Positions 31,933 to 32,000 of a stretch of 32,000 nt of DNA are shown piece by piece (position 1 is the stretch's first letter; every line of letters begins with the position of its first letter). The stretch is taken from NCBI RefSeq assembly GCF_000148385.1, contig NC_014537.1, positions 330,001 through 362,000 of the forward strand, written 5' to 3'. The translations under genes and the position numbers were made by a program. The notes beneath the pieces were generated by a model. That model ran no database searches. It worked only from the letters and a program-made list of their open reading frames with translations, and was not told where the DNA came from. This DNA is from Vulcanisaeta distributa DSM 14429 (GTDB lineage Archaea; Thermoproteota; Thermoprotei; Thermoproteales; Thermocladiaceae).

Positions 31933-32000
31933 ATGCGGATGAGGACGGTATTCCTCAGTAACGGCTCATTGGCTGTATTATATGACGAGAATTATTACAT
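31933..32000 (+). CDS. Partial CDS (5' end only, runs off the window); function unknown
   Basis: ATG31933 opens MRMRTVFLSNGSLAVLYDENYY..., which is still open at the window end. AT-rich boxes lie 10-30 nt upstream. It is too short to assign. The resemblance to GH15 N-termini is weak. Confidence 0.3.
   Translation, partial: MRMRTVFLSNGSLAVLYDENYY

Noticed and set aside
1-32000. A search for CRISPR arrays, tRNA/rRNA genes, IS elements or integrases, and defence or toxin-antitoxin modules.
   Set aside because: I saw no regularly spaced repeats of 24-37 bp and no GC-rich cloverleaf-like segments in any spacer over 60 nt. I saw no terminal inverted repeats or transposase/integrase motifs (DDE, tyrosine recombinase). 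I also saw no small paired ORFs of toxin-antitoxin type. All large ORFs are accounted for by housekeeping or surface-protein calls. This was by-eye inspection only, and tRNAscan-SE or Infernal would be the decisive check.

Overview
The window is a gene-dense chromosomal segment of a crenarchaeon. I call about 36 protein genes on both strands, and there is very little non-coding DNA. A Thermoproteales-type organism (Vulcanisaeta/Caldivirga-like) is my guess. It rests only on protein signatures, heavy use of N-x-S/T sequons in surface proteins, and promoter layout.

Most genes are housekeeping:
- Amino-acid and cofactor genes: ilvD, type-I GTP cyclohydrolase, GTP cyclohydrolase III, and a MoeA-PBP fusion.
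- Acyl-CoA genes: two AMP-forming acyl-CoA synthetases, a glutamate-synthase-like FMN protein, and two DUF35 proteins.
- Lipid genes: a UbiA/DGGGP-synthase-like prenyltransferase and CDP-archaeol synthase.
- Translation genes: a ribosomal fragment (S3-L29-RNase P Rpp29) and cysS.
- Others: A-type ATPase subunits F, E and A, two ABC systems, a PEBP protein, a VKOR homologue and two HAD hydrolases.

I found no rRNA, tRNA, CRISPR array, IS/transposon, integrase or recognisable defence or toxin-antitoxin module. I cannot honestly point to a clear novel system, and none of the leads below is proven.

The leads that most deserve a second look:
1. A MacB/LolD-type ABC ATPase with a C-terminal coiled-coil tail lies next to a SlaB-like membrane-anchored stalk glycoprotein instead of a permease.
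2. A membrane-tethered wHTH regulator with a glycosylated ectodomain lies next to a secreted, His-rich glycoprotein. That glycoprotein carries an FN(I/M/L)T sequon array and a His/Gly/Gln tail.
3. A small protein with three classical C2H2 zinc fingers is tightly coupled to carS.
4. An ANL-family ligase has a degenerate P-loop and lacks the C-terminal catalytic-Lys motif.
5. A DUF169 gene keeps its promoter and ATG but has a twice-frameshifted 5' end.
6. Two tandem DUF35 genes have no thiolase partner nearby.

Promoter layout is very regular. A TATA-like box is centred 25-30 nt upstream of about 20 start codons, which implies leaderless mRNAs, and this let me shorten several ORF-track starts.
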